DNA of 64,000 nt from Nitrosopumilus sp. (lineage in GTDB: Archaea > Thermoproteota > Nitrososphaeria > Nitrososphaerales > Nitrosopumilaceae), in NCBI GenBank assembly GCA_965206745.1, contig OZ242220.1, forward strand, positions 128,001 to 192,000. Reading direction: 5' to 3'. This document shows, one piece after another, positions 7,381 through 17,977 of the stretch. The notes below the pieces were generated by a model. The model was not told where the DNA came from. It did no database searches and saw nothing but the letters and a program-made list of their open reading frames with translations. Position numbers and translations under genes: made by a program. Within the stretch, counting starts at the first letter, position 1; every line of letters begins with the position of its first letter.

Positions 7381-8190
7381 TTGACTTTCAATAAAGGTTC
7401 ACTAATTTTAGTGGATTATACTGCAAAGGTAAAAGATACAGAAGAAGTATTTGATACGACAATTGAGGAGGATGCAAAAAAATACTCCATTCATGATCAA
7501 AATCTCCAGTATCACCCAAAACTGATCTCAATTGGCGAAATCTCTTATCCTGTTCTAAAAGGACTTGATGAGGCACTTGCAAAAACATCCGTTGGCGATA
7601 AACTCATAGTTGAGGTAACACCAGAGAAGGGTTTTGGTGAAAGAGATTCTGGCAAAGTCAGAATGATCCCTATTAGGAAACTAGGAGATGATGCAGAGAA
7701 AGTTACAGTGGGTGATTCCATTGAAGTTGATGATAAAAGAGGAATTATTCGTTATATTGGGTCCGGCAGAGTTCAAGTCGACTACAATCACAGGTATGCC
7801 GGAAAGACAATCCTGTTTGATGTGAATGTCATCAAGTCACTGGATACTCCAAATGACAAAGTCGATAGCATTCTCAAAAACAAACTGTTCGTTGATGATG
7901 CAAAAATCGTGTTTGATTTGAAAGACAAGGAGGCAAACATTACAATTCCCGAGGAAATTTTCCGTGCCGACGGATTACAAATAACAAAGCACTTTATCCA
8001 ACTAGATGTCTTCAAATTCGTTCCTACTTTGGAAAAAATAAATTTCATTGAAACGCATCTCAACAAACAATCCAAGGAGGAAAAACCAAAGACAACCTCT
8101 GAACCAAAGACAACCTCTGAACCAAAGACAACCTCTGAACCAAAGACAACCTCTGAACCAAAGACAACCTCTGAACCAAAGACTGCTTAA
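7381..8190 (+). CDS. slyD: FKBP-type peptidyl-prolyl isomerase (archaeal long/SlyD type)
   Basis: VDYT, FDTT, PEKGFGER and VDYNHRYAGKTILF. Confidence 0.9.
   Translation: MTFNKGSLILVDYTAKVKDTEEVFDTTIEEDAKKYSIHDQNLQYHPKLISIGEISYPVLKGLDEALAKTSVGDKLIVEVTPEKGFGERDSGKVRMIPIRKLGDDAEKVTVGDSIEVDDKRGIIRYIGSGRVQVDYNHRYAGKTILFDVNVIKSLDTPNDKVDSILKNKLFVDDAKIVFDLKDKEANITIPEEIFRADGLQITKHFIQLDVFKFVPTLEKINFIETHLNKQSKEEKPKTTSEPKTTSEPKTTSEPKTTSEPKTTSEPKTA
8086..8183 (+). repeat. 18-bp in-frame tandem repeat, ~5.4 copies (PKTTSE)
   Basis: CCAAAGACAACCTCTGAA repeated perfectly. Confidence 0.95.
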
Positions 8191-9251
8191 ATTATTCCAG
8201 TACTCTTTGCCAAGTTAAACGCTCTTTTCTCTGTCATTTTAACTTCCTTTAGAATGGTGTATCTTTCAGGTCGAAGATCCTGTGCAATCATTAGGGCCTT
8301 TACAATTACTTTTGGTTCTATTCCAATCTGTTTTGCAGATGTCGGGGCCCCCACGTCCCTCAGTGTCTTTACAATCTTCTTCCAATCCTGTCGTTGCAAC
8401 TTTGCTATCATGATGGAACCCAGACCGCATTTTTCCCCGTGCAGTCCTATTCCCGGAGCAAGTTTGTCAAGTGCATGTGAAACAAGATGTTCTGCACCAG
8501 AACACGGTCTGCTGCTTCCGGCAATGCATGATGCGACTCCCGCACTGATCAACCCCTCCACAATCACTCTGGCATCCAATCCCTTCCTTGCAAATTCAGT
8601 AGAGTTCTCCATGACAATTTTAGCGCTCATCAGGGCCAAATTTGCCGCGTATCTGCCATAGTACTCCTTCTTCTTCTTGTGACCCAGCTGCCAGTCATTT
8701 ACCGCTATAACATTTGCAACAAGGTCCCCGCAACCGCTTGCAAGCAGTTTTGCCGGGGCCTTTTTGATAATATCAATATCCACAAAGACACCCATCGGCG
8801 CAGTTGCCACTATGGAATGCGGCTTGTCACTCTTTACAGACACGAATGGACTGGCCATTCCGTCATGAGATGCGGCAGTCGGCAGGCTTACAAACGGCTT
8901 GCCCAAATTATACGAGATCAGTTTTGCAGTATCCACTGAGCGACCCCCTCCAATCCCCACAATCAGATCCGAACCGTCTTTTTTAACGTCCTTTTGAATC
9001 TGATTCAGTGACTTTATCTGATTATCTATCGAGGTATGCCAAACAAATCGAATCTTTTTTGGTTTTAGTGATTTCTCAATTTTTTTCTTTAGTATCTTTT
9101 GGACGTTTGTCCCGGCAATCAAGGACACCTTTCTTGGCCTGTTCAATGAAGCAAGAAATTTTCCAAAGTCACCGATGTTCTTCTCTCCAATCTCGATGAG
9201 CCTAGGCAATTCCATCCTGTGTGGTTGCATGTGATCCTGATTTTTTGTCAT
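8187..9251 (-). CDS. egsA: sn-glycerol-1-phosphate dehydrogenase
   Basis: GIGGGRSVDTAK, PTAASHDG, SSRPCSGAEH and LHGE. Confidence 0.95.
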   Translation of the reverse strand: MTKNQDHMQPHRMELPRLIEIGEKNIGDFGKFLASLNRPRKVSLIAGTNVQKILKKKIEKSLKPKKIRFVWHTSIDNQIKSLNQIQKDVKKDGSDLIVGIGGGRSVDTAKLISYNLGKPFVSLPTAASHDGMASPFVSVKSDKPHSIVATAPMGVFVDIDIIKKAPAKLLASGCGDLVANVIAVNDWQLGHKKKKEYYGRYAANLALMSAKIVMENSTEFARKGLDARVIVEGLISAGVASCIAGSSRPCSGAEHLVSHALDKLAPGIGLHGEKCGLGSIMIAKLQRQDWKKIVKTLRDVGAPTSAKQIGIEPKVIVKALMIAQDLRPERYTILKEVKMTEKRAFNLAKSTGII

Positions 9252-9326
9252 TATTTATGATTTCCAAGGATCAAAAAGTTATTTAAAAGGGTGAGATGTC
9301 ACCTACTTTATCTTAGTAGGTGTATT

Positions 9327-9959
9327 TTGTCAAATAACGTTGAAGAAAAAATTCTGCATGGGACTACCACAGTAGGTATCAAGGCTAGAGATGGTGTCGT
9401 ATTATGTGCCGACATGAGGGCCAGTGCAGGCTATTTTATCGCAAATAACAATACCATGAAGATTCAGCAGATCGATCTGCACGCAGGCCTGACCCTGGCA
9501 GGCGGTGTGGCAGATGCCCAAAATATCGTTGATATCCTACGCTATCACTCAAATCTTCACAGGGTTGACAAGCAAGACTCGATCTCGATTCACTCCCTTG
9601 CAAGGCTCTGCTCGCTGATCTTCCACCAAAACCGGGGTTATCCGTTCATGGCCGATATCCTGCTTGGCGGATATGACGCAGACGGCCCCTCATTGTTTAA
9701 CGTGGACATGTTTGGCTCAGTTGAAGAAAAGTCATACGTCACAACCGGCAGCGGCTCTCCGGTGGCCTATGGTCTTCTTGAGGAAGAATACAAGGATGAT
9801 CTTACAATTGAAGAGGCAAAACAGGTAGCCCTCAGAGCTGTTAAAGCCGCAATAACTAGAAACATTGGTACAGGCGATGGAATTAATATCGCCGTCATGG
9901 ACAAGGATGGTTTTCGTCTATTGACCGATGAGCAAAAGAAAGCCATCATCAAACTTTAG
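9327..9959 (+). CDS. psmB: Proteasome beta subunit
   Basis: HG|TTTVG autoprocessing site, AGGVADAQ and TGSGS. Confidence 0.95.
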   Translation: MSNNVEEKILHGTTTVGIKARDGVVLCADMRASAGYFIANNNTMKIQQIDLHAGLTLAGGVADAQNIVDILRYHSNLHRVDKQDSISIHSLARLCSLIFHQNRGYPFMADILLGGYDADGPSLFNVDMFGSVEEKSYVTTGSGSPVAYGLLEEEYKDDLTIEEAKQVALRAVKAAITRNIGTGDGINIAVMDKDGFRLLTDEQKKAIIKL

Positions 9960-9966
9960 TGATTTA

Positions 9967-11907
9967 ATGCAACGAAAATATCAAGAAAAAGAGTTACCTC
10001 CTACTAGCCAGAATATAATGGCCACCATACTGCAAAGTATACCCAAGGAGGCAAGCGTTACAAAGATAGAGTACGAGGGGCCAAGGATCGCCCTTTACAC
10101 AAACTCCCCGCGCTACCTGATGGAGAACAACGACACAATCTCCAACCTTGTCAACATAATCAAGAAAAGGATTGTAGTCAGAACCGACGAGTCAATTAGA
10201 AAGCCTGAGGATGAGACAAGAAAAATTCTGGCAGATCTGGTTCCAAAGGAGGCAAACCTGCAAGGAACTCTTTTTGATACAACCAACGGTGAAGTGTCAA
10301 TTGAAGTAAAAAGACCCTGGCTGTTGCAAAGAAATGCAAAGGAATTCAATCACGCCGAAGTTACCGAGAAGATAGGCTGGAAACTGCGAGTCAGAAAGGC
10401 CACCACCATACCATCACGTACAATCCAGACAATCAACGCGACTCTAAAACAATCATCCTCTGAGAGAAGCAAGCAGCTCAAGCAGGTGGGTGATGAAATT
10501 TTCAGACCCAGACTGTCCCAAAGGACTGAGGTATCCCTTCACACCCTCGGCGGGTTCGGTCAGGTGGGAAGATCATCGATGTTATTGACCACCTCTGAAA
10601 GCAAGATTCTCATTGACAGCGGTATCAACCCCGGTGCACGTTCCCCAATGGATGCATTTCCTAGGCTGGACTCTCTGGATATCACGCTAGACGAACTTGA
10701 TGCCATAGTTGTCGGACACGCACACTTGGACCACACCGGATTTCTGCCGGCATTGTGCAAATATGGGTACAAAGGCCCGATTTACTGTACCGAGCCCACG
10801 CTGCCCATGATGAATCTGATCCAACTCGATGCAATCAAGGTGGCTGCCGCCCAGGGCAGGACTCCAATTTATGCCGAACGCGACGTAAAACAGGTCATGA
10901 GGCAGACAATAACCATACCCTATGGGACAGTAACTGACATCTCACCTGACATCAAGCTGGTCCTTGCAAATGCAGGCCACATTCTAGGCTCGGCGCTGTG
11001 CCACTTTCATATTGGAAACGGTGATCACAACTTTGTCTATTCAGGCGATATTAAATTTGGAAAGAGCATACTGTTTGAGGCTGCTAGTTGGAATTTTCCA
11101 AGGGTTGAGACCCTGCTGATTGAAAGTACGTATGGTTTGAAGGAGGACATTCAGCCAACCAGGCAACAAGTAGAGTCCTCCTTTATCAACGCAGTAAATA
11201 ACACGCTGGCAGACGGCGGCAAGGTCCTGATTCCAATCCCTGCAGTCGGACGTGCACAGGAAATCATGATGGTAATCGATCATTACATGAAGTCAGGGGA
11301 GATGGTTGAGGCACCGGTCTTTACGGAGGGAATGATCTCAGAGGCATCGGCAATCCACGAGTCCTATCCCGAATACCTTGCACGAGAACTCAAGCAGAAG
11401 ATACTGGAAACTGATGATAATCCGTTTGATTCAGAATACTTTACCAACATCGAGCATGCAGATGCCAGGGAGGAACCCATGAGGGATGACTCGCCATGTA
11501 TAATCCTGGCGACATCCGGAATGCTCGAAGGCGGACCTGTCCTGGAATATTTCAAAAACATCGCACCTGACAAAAAGAACAAGGTACTGTTTGTCTCTTA
11601 TCAGGTAAATGGAACAATGGGAAGAAGGGTCCTTGATGGTTCCAAACAGGCAACCATGCTGGGCAAAGAGGGAAAAGTCGAAGCCGTTTCAATTAACTGC
11701 GGCGTTGAAAAGCTGGATGGCTTTAGTGGGCACAGTGACTACAACCAGCTGATGTCGTTTGTGCAAAGACTAAGGCCAAAACTCCGCCGTGTATTGGTCA
11801 ATCACGGGGAACGCAAAAAGTCAGAAAACCTTGCAATGAATATCAGACGAATGTACAAGGTTCCTGCACATTATCCGCAGGTTCAAGAGGCAATAAAATT
11901 ATTTTAG
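9967..11907 (+). CDS. fttA: Beta-CASP ribonuclease aCPSF1 (FttA)
   Basis: KH domains, HAHLDH, AGHILG and FSGHSD; located next to psmB as is typical in archaea. Confidence 0.93.
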   Translation: MQRKYQEKELPPTSQNIMATILQSIPKEASVTKIEYEGPRIALYTNSPRYLMENNDTISNLVNIIKKRIVVRTDESIRKPEDETRKILADLVPKEANLQGTLFDTTNGEVSIEVKRPWLLQRNAKEFNHAEVTEKIGWKLRVRKATTIPSRTIQTINATLKQSSSERSKQLKQVGDEIFRPRLSQRTEVSLHTLGGFGQVGRSSMLLTTSESKILIDSGINPGARSPMDAFPRLDSLDITLDELDAIVVGHAHLDHTGFLPALCKYGYKGPIYCTEPTLPMMNLIQLDAIKVAAAQGRTPIYAERDVKQVMRQTITIPYGTVTDISPDIKLVLANAGHILGSALCHFHIGNGDHNFVYSGDIKFGKSILFEAASWNFPRVETLLIESTYGLKEDIQPTRQQVESSFINAVNNTLADGGKVLIPIPAVGRAQEIMMVIDHYMKSGEMVEAPVFTEGMISEASAIHESYPEYLARELKQKILETDDNPFDSEYFTNIEHADAREEPMRDDSPCIILATSGMLEGGPVLEYFKNIAPDKKNKVLFVSYQVNGTMGRRVLDGSKQATMLGKEGKVEAVSINCGVEKLDGFSGHSDYNQLMSFVQRLRPKLRRVLVNHGERKKSENLAMNIRRMYKVPAHYPQVQEAIKLF

Positions 11908-12177
11908 ATCGTATTCCGGTTTCCAGATCTTTATATTCGATGGGGCAATTATGATTCTCTCCTCACCCAGTCTTGCAATCTCTGCATCCTCTGTCTTTGC
12001 AATGGAATACAACTCTTCAACCACCTTGCGAAGTTGGTCCACATCCTTTTGTGCCAATGGCGTGACCCTTAGAATCAAGATCATGTTCTTCTTGATGTCC
12101 TCCTTGATAGAGTGGACATCGCTGATGTCCCTAATCGTTATGGCCTTTAGATATGTGGAATTTTCTTGCTTTTGCAT
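11899..12177 (-). CDS. sepF: Cell division protein SepF
   Basis: IKEDIKKNMILILRV and ARLGEERIIIAPSNIKI. Confidence 0.8.
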   Translation of the reverse strand: MQKQENSTYLKAITIRDISDVHSIKEDIKKNMILILRVTPLAQKDVDQLRKVVEELYSIAKTEDAEIARLGEERIIIAPSNIKIWKPEYDLK

Positions 12178-12250
12178 CCTTGTTGAAAATGAGATCTACT
12201 TCCTCAAAAACTCTTCCTTAGTTGTAACTAATTTTTTAAAAATTTCACGC

Positions 12251-13258
12251 CTACATTCTGAATTTAAGATAGGACTGCTCTTTTGCGCATTCTGCGCTAA
12301 TCTCATCAGTCAGATCCCCGTTTTTCACGGAGACGACACCCTGTTCGGTCTTTGGCGCATCTGAATATCTCAGAGTCACCGATGATGCAAACTCCACATG
12401 CAGCTTTGCATTTTTGCCGCGCAAGATTGAGACCGGTCCCACATAGTCCTTTGCCTCAAGTACAATGTCACCAGGCAGTGCAAGTGCCTTTATCATTTCA
12501 TTCTCATCCTTGTTTCTTCCAACGACAAACTTTGTCTCCTCATCCAATCTAAAGTGCCTTCCAATCTTTAGCAGATCGATCTCGTTGATTGTCGGAGTCT
12601 CTATGTGATCAAACAAATCCTTGGCCTTGATGCCAAACTGCGGTTCAGTTAACAGGCAACCGCCACCTGCATTCGGAGGGTTTTCAATCCCGTATTCCTT
12701 GGCCATCTGCATCTGGATCTTCCTCTGCCTTCCCTTGATCATGCCGAGATTCTCCCTCTTGATCAAACCGTCTTTTTCGGCATCTGTTGGTGGCAGCAAT
12801 CCTGCAGATAACGGCCTGAGAATCTTTCCCTTCAAATTAGACTCGTTCTCAATGATGTGCAGTGACGGTGCATGCTGGCTCATCGGGCGCTGGCCTAGCA
12901 CCTCGCCTGAAATGATAAACTCCGCACCAATCTCCTCCATGTGTTTTTTTGCAGCATCAAACATCATTGTCCTGCAGTCGACACACGGATTGAACCCCGC
13001 ACCGACTCCATGCTTTGGATGTTTTAGCATCTCAATGTACTCATCACCTAGATAGACCGTCTTCAAATTTACATCAAGATCATCTGCCCTCTCTCTAATC
13101 TCAAAACCGCATCCTCTCCCACAGTCAAAATCACAAAACGGAGTCTTGATTGCAACAGCTGATACCTCAAAACCCTGTTCCTGCATCATTCTTACTGCAA
13201 GCTGGCTGTCCAATCCTCCCGATAACAGTGCAACTACCTTCTTCTTCTCTTCGGCCAC
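12251..13258 (-). CDS. PP-loop tRNA thiolation enzyme (ThiI/MnmA-like) with DUF814-type C-terminus
   Basis: SGGLDS, NPCVDCR, GEVLGQRPMSQ, GGCLLT and GRHFR. The GTG start at 13258 is inferred. Confidence 0.8.
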   Translation of the reverse strand: MAEEKKKVVALLSGGLDSQLAVRMMQEQGFEVSAVAIKTPFCDFDCGRGCGFEIRERADDLDVNLKTVYLGDEYIEMLKHPKHGVGAGFNPCVDCRTMMFDAAKKHMEEIGAEFIISGEVLGQRPMSQHAPSLHIIENESNLKGKILRPLSAGLLPPTDAEKDGLIKRENLGMIKGRQRKIQMQMAKEYGIENPPNAGGGCLLTEPQFGIKAKDLFDHIETPTINEIDLLKIGRHFRLDEETKFVVGRNKDENEMIKALALPGDIVLEAKDYVGPVSILRGKNAKLHVEFASSVTLRYSDAPKTEQGVVSVKNGDLTDEISAECAKEQSYLKFRM

Positions 13259-13329
13259 TGCGATCTGGTTCAATTTTCCATATACAAACTTTGCATCATA
13301 CATAAATTGAGAATTGCAGATATCCCTGT

Positions 13330-14394
13330 ATGAAGCAGCGCAGAAAGAATCTTCTGAAACATGCCCAAAAAATGGATTGTGACACCTTGGTCGCATTCGA
13401 GCCTGAAAACCTGTTTTACATGACGGGGTTTTGGGGCGAGGCAATCGGCCTGCTTGAAAAAAATGGAAAGACCACCATAATTGCGCCTGAACTTGAGGTT
13501 GGCAGGGCAAAAGAAGAGTCTGTGGATTGCGATATAGTCACTGCAGAACGAGGAGAGGGCCTGATTGCTCCGGTTCTCAAAAAAATCAGAAAAAACAAAG
13601 TCTGCACCGACTGCCAGAACTATTCTGTAATGACGTCCTTGAAAAAATCAGTTCCAAGGATAAAATCCTCCACTGATCCGTTTTACGGTGCCAGAATCAT
13701 AAAGGATGAGAAAGAGATCAGAATCCTCAAAAAGGCCTCGGGAATCATCGATGAGATGTTTCAGGTCTGTACTGAAAAAATGAGGGCCGGCCAGAAAGAG
13801 TCCGAACTGCAAACAATTCTGATGACGTATGCAATGGAGCAGGAAATGTTTGACACCGGATACAAATCCACACTCAATCCGTTGATCATCGCCGGAGGTG
13901 GAAACGGCGCACTGCCCCATGCCCAGGTTACAAACAGAAAGTTCAAGAAGGGTGATCTGGTGGTATGTGATATTACACTGAGGTACAAGGGATATGTCTC
14001 TGATGCAACCAGGACGTTTGCACTTGGAAGAATCCCGTCACAGGCAAATGACGCATACGAAGTTGTCAAAGAGTCCCAGATGCTGGGCCTAAAAGCTGTC
14101 AAGCCAAATGTTAATTGCAAGGACGTTGATCTTGCATGCAGGAAGTACATTGATGATAAAAATTACGGCCGATACTTTATTCATTCAACGGGACACGGAA
14201 TCGGGTTGGAGGTCCACGAGCTGCCGTGTATCTCTTACAGAAGCAGTACAAAGTTAAAGGAAAACATGGCGATAACTGTGGAACCGGGAATCTACATTGA
14301 GAACAAGTTTGGAATCAGGATAGAGGACTCCCTGATTGTAAGGGACAGGCCGATTGTAATGCACAAATTCACCAAAGACTTGGTCACAATCTGA
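13330..14394 (+). CDS. Xaa-Pro aminopeptidase (M24)
   Basis: HSTGHGIGLEVHE, TVEPGIY and GIRIED. Confidence 0.93.
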   Translation: MKQRRKNLLKHAQKMDCDTLVAFEPENLFYMTGFWGEAIGLLEKNGKTTIIAPELEVGRAKEESVDCDIVTAERGEGLIAPVLKKIRKNKVCTDCQNYSVMTSLKKSVPRIKSSTDPFYGARIIKDEKEIRILKKASGIIDEMFQVCTEKMRAGQKESELQTILMTYAMEQEMFDTGYKSTLNPLIIAGGGNGALPHAQVTNRKFKKGDLVVCDITLRYKGYVSDATRTFALGRIPSQANDAYEVVKESQMLGLKAVKPNVNCKDVDLACRKYIDDKNYGRYFIHSTGHGIGLEVHELPCISYRSSTKLKENMAITVEPGIYIENKFGIRIEDSLIVRDRPIVMHKFTKDLVTI

Positions 14395-14396
14395 GA

Positions 14397-14891
14397 CTAG
14401 TCGTAGTAGTTTACCAGCTCAATGATGTGTTTTGCCTCTGGATTGTTTGAGGTAATCTCCTTGGAGGTCTTGTCTACATTCCAATCATAGTACATCTGGC
14501 CTTTGTGCGATTCAAAATTTAAAATTATCTTATATTCTTCAGAATCCAGACTTGCAACGGTCAGATCAACTGTAGTTTTTTTATGGTCAAAGATCTTTTC
14601 ATCTGGATACTCCTCACCTATCCTGTCCTCTATTGCCTCCATCACGGTCAGTCCTGAGCCGTCTGGACCGTTATATTTCATCAGGATATCTACTATCTGC
14701 TGATTCTCATCAGAGAACTCTGGAAGACTCTTTTCGAGCGTACCCTTGGTATACTCTGGGATGACAAATACCACCAGCATTGCAATCAAAGCAAGGTAAA
14801 TCGGCGCCCTTTTTTTAAGAAATGACTTGAAATCGTTCTTTTTTGGCCTGTCCTCTTTTTTATCCCCTTCCTTCTTCCTGTCTTTAGTCAT
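14397..14891 (-). CDS. Membrane-anchored hypothetical protein
   Basis: 164-aa ORF with a single TM segment; fits tightly between its neighbours. Confidence 0.75.
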   Translation of the reverse strand: MTKDRKKEGDKKEDRPKKNDFKSFLKKRAPIYLALIAMLVVFVIPEYTKGTLEKSLPEFSDENQQIVDILMKYNGPDGSGLTVMEAIEDRIGEEYPDEKIFDHKKTTVDLTVASLDSEEYKIILNFESHKGQMYYDWNVDKTSKEITSNNPEAKHIIELVNYYD

Positions 14892-14903
14892 TATCCTCCC
14901 AAT

Positions 14904-15746
14904 CTAATTTTTGGCACTTAGAATTAAAACTTGCCAAGGAAATAGAATCTCACCATCCTTCTTTGTATATGGTGCAGTTTTATCTCTGACCAGCTGTTTT
15001 AACTCCCTTCTTTTTGAATAATCCAGCTCGCTTAGCTTTTCTTTGAGCGGCTTTGCAATGTATTTCAGATAGTTTCTCCAATAATCCTCAAATTTTCCTG
15101 GACTGTAATCAAAGATGTATTCCTTTACACTGATTTTTGAAAACCCTGCCCTCTCCACCTCTTTTCTCAGGGCAGATTTTGTTCCAAACCTGTCAAGATC
15201 CGGGGAACCCGGCGGAACATAGTCCGGAATACACCTGGCAACTGAATCAATTATGTTGCCAAAGAAGGGAACTCTGTCCCTGCTTCCGTGGACCGAGATT
15301 CCGATACTTCCCGATTTTTTGAGGTTGTTTTTCATATTTTTCAGTGCCTTTTGAGCATTAGGAAAGAAGAACAATGCGTATTGACATGTGACGACATCAA
15401 ACTTCTTGGAAAAATGGAACCTTTCAGCATCCGTATTTACAAAATCCACGTTTGATCTTTTACCGTTCCATTTCTTTGCAATCTTGATTGCAGTACTTGA
15501 AGTGTCTACACCTACAACATATCCTGTTCTCCCCGTCTTTCTCTGAATCTCATTTGTAACTGCTCCCGTACCGCACGCGACATCCAACACGGCATCACCT
15601 GCGCTGATCCTTGATAGTTCCACCAATTTTTTTGTACTTTGAAACGGCCCCTTGTCCATACTGGCCCACCTCTTGTGATATCTTGGGGCAACCTCGTTCC
15701 AGATTTTCATATTTCGTTGCTTGTATTCCAAATGAGTGAGCTTCAT
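14904..15746 (-). CDS. Class I SAM-dependent methyltransferase
   Basis: VLDVACGTG, GVD and FDVV. Confidence 0.88.
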   Translation of the reverse strand: MKLTHLEYKQRNMKIWNEVAPRYHKRWASMDKGPFQSTKKLVELSRISAGDAVLDVACGTGAVTNEIQRKTGRTGYVVGVDTSSTAIKIAKKWNGKRSNVDFVNTDAERFHFSKKFDVVTCQYALFFFPNAQKALKNMKNNLKKSGSIGISVHGSRDRVPFFGNIIDSVARCIPDYVPPGSPDLDRFGTKSALRKEVERAGFSKISVKEYIFDYSPGKFEDYWRNYLKYIAKPLKEKLSELDYSKRRELKQLVRDKTAPYTKKDGEILFPWQVLILSAKN

Positions 15747-15879
15747 CCTATATCGCTATACGATCCTTGATCTATTTTATGTAATCCCCTCAAAATCCGA
15801 TTTCAACGCCCTGCCTGTTTCATAGTATTCGTGTTCCAATTCTTCATCATCTGCCTTTGAGAACCTTCCTGCTTGCTGA

Positions 15880-17148
15880 TTATTTCATCTCTGACTTTTT
15901 AAATTTTGACTCGATCTGCTTTCTGATGAGTTTGGCAATCTTTTCTTTATCCATCCATCCTGTGACAATGTTTTTTTTGGCATCCACAATGATCACCTGA
16001 TTCTTTTTGGGATTCTTCCTGTATCTGATCGAACCGACGTCATTTGCCACAATCATGTCCGCTGATGATTCCCTTAATTTTTTTTCAGCTGACTTGACTA
16101 GTTGGTTTCTTGTCAGGTTTGCCTCTGCCTTAAAACCAACAAGCAAGACATCCTTTTGATATCCCCTTATCTGATCTATGATCTTTGGGGTCTTTTTGAG
16201 GCTGATGCTGATTCTTGACTTTGAACTTTTGATTTTATCTTTGCCTTGAACCACGGGCACATAGTCTGCAACAGCTGCTGCCATGACCACAACATCAAAC
16301 CTCTTCTTTAGTTCTGACTTTACCGCCAAATGCATCTCCTTACTGGATAGAACATTGATGATCTTTGCACCCTTTGGGGGTCTTTCTTTTCCTGGACCAT
16401 AGATGAGCGTCACTTTGGCTCCTGCCAAAATTAATTCTGATGCCAGGCTCACTCCCGTCTTTCCAGAACTGTGGTTTGTAATTGCACGCACGGGATCTAT
16501 TGGTTCGACGGTCGGTCCTGCTGTGATCAGTATTTTTTTGTCCTTCAGTACGGATGAAAAGCCGAATTTTTTCAACACCTTTTCCAAAACATCTTCTGGT
16601 TCTGGTGATTTTGCCTTGCCCTCCACCAGGTTGGGAGAATGAAACTCGATCTTGTCCTTTAGGAATTTGATGTTTTTTTTGACCGCAGAGTTTTCATACA
16701 TTGATGCATGCATTGCAAGGCACATCAAAATTGGAATTTTTGATCCAAACCCCACTGTAAGCACCGTTGATACGGGCGTATCGTCAATCCCATTGGCCAG
16801 CTTTCCCAATGTGTTTGCAGTCGCAGGATACACTATTATCAGATCAGACTGGTTGTAATCTGCCAATCTGATGTGTTCTAGCTTGCCTGTAAGTTTTGTA
16901 ATCACCTTGTTGCCAGTTGCCCACCTGAAATATTCTGGCTGAATAAGCTTTGTGGCCGCACTGCTGGCAACACATGTTACATCTGCCCCGTGTCTCATCA
17001 GCAATCTTGCAAGTTCAATTGCCTTGTAAGCTGCAACGCTGCCTGCCACGCACATTACGATTTTCTTACCAGACAATTCCGATCCATGAGAGCTGACTAT
17101 GTCTAGGGACGGATGATCCTTTGCCTTTAGTTTCTTCTTAACTGCCAA
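15880..17148 (-). CDS. coaBC: Phosphopantothenoylcysteine decarboxylase/ligase
   Basis: GSVAAYK, PATANT, TAGPT.E.IDPVR and GFKAE. Confidence 0.95.
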   Translation of the reverse strand: MAVKKKLKAKDHPSLDIVSSHGSELSGKKIVMCVAGSVAAYKAIELARLLMRHGADVTCVASSAATKLIQPEYFRWATGNKVITKLTGKLEHIRLADYNQSDLIIVYPATANTLGKLANGIDDTPVSTVLTVGFGSKIPILMCLAMHASMYENSAVKKNIKFLKDKIEFHSPNLVEGKAKSPEPEDVLEKVLKKFGFSSVLKDKKILITAGPTVEPIDPVRAITNHSSGKTGVSLASELILAGAKVTLIYGPGKERPPKGAKIINVLSSKEMHLAVKSELKKRFDVVVMAAAVADYVPVVQGKDKIKSSKSRISISLKKTPKIIDQIRGYQKDVLLVGFKAEANLTRNQLVKSAEKKLRESSADMIVANDVGSIRYRKNPKKNQVIIVDAKKNIVTGWMDKEKIAKLIRKQIESKFKKSEMK

Positions 17149-17977
17149 ACTCTTCACGTAACTTTTCCAATTCCTCATCATCCATTGAAAACGTGTGCTC
17201 CTTGGCGGGAAATGAGCCTGATTTCACATCGGATCCGTATCTTTGAAGTGATTCTACTATATCTTTAGACAAATTCATGTACCTTTTGGCAAATTTTGGC
17301 CTGATTTTATCATACATGCCTAACAGATCCTGAACAACCAGTATCTGTCCGTCACAGTTAACTCCAGAACCTATGCCTATGGTCGGAACACTGACTGACT
17401 CGGAGATAATCTGTGCAACCTCGTGACTTACCATCTCCAACACAATGCTAAAGACTCCCGCATCCTCTAGCTCCTTTGCATCCTCGATTAGCTTCATGGC
17501 AGAATCCTTTGTCTTGCCTTGGACCTTGTAACCGTCCAAAAGCATTGTAGTCTGGGGCTGAAGTCCAATGTGTCCCATCACTGGAATTCCCACATCAACT
17601 ATTGCACTGATTGTCTCGGCCATGATTGACCCGCCTTCAAGCTTTACTGCGTCTGCACCTGCCCTGATCAATCTTCCGGAATTATTTATGGCATCCTCAA
17701 TGCTTGCCTGGTATGACATAAAAGGCAGATCAGCTACCAGCAGGGAATTCTTTCTTGCCCTGCCAACGGCTTCTGTAAACATGCACATCTGTTCCATTGT
17801 TACGGGAATGGTATTCTCATATCCGAGCATCACCATTCCGGCGCTATCTCCAACTAGCAGCACGTCGGTTCCTGCCTTATCACACAGTGATGCCAGAGTA
17901 TAGTCATAGCTTGTAATTGCAGAAATTTTCTTCTTTTCTTTCTTCATGTTGATGATGTCCTGGACACTTTTATGCAA
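17138..17977 (-). CDS. panB: Ketopantoate hydroxymethyltransferase
   Basis: LVGDS, KLEGG and GHIGLQPQ. Confidence 0.95.
   Translation of the reverse strand: MHKSVQDIINMKKEKKKISAITSYDYTLASLCDKAGTDVLLVGDSAGMVMLGYENTIPVTMEQMCMFTEAVGRARKNSLLVADLPFMSYQASIEDAINNSGRLIRAGADAVKLEGGSIMAETISAIVDVGIPVMGHIGLQPQTTMLLDGYKVQGKTKDSAMKLIEDAKELEDAGVFSIVLEMVSHEVAQIISESVSVPTIGIGSGVNCDGQILVVQDLLGMYDKIRPKFAKRYMNLSKDIVESLQRYGSDVKSGSFPAKEHTFSMDDEELEKLREEFGS

Noticed and set aside
15750-15880. Small ORF between coaBC and the methyltransferase
   Set aside because: Short open stretches without a convincing start.
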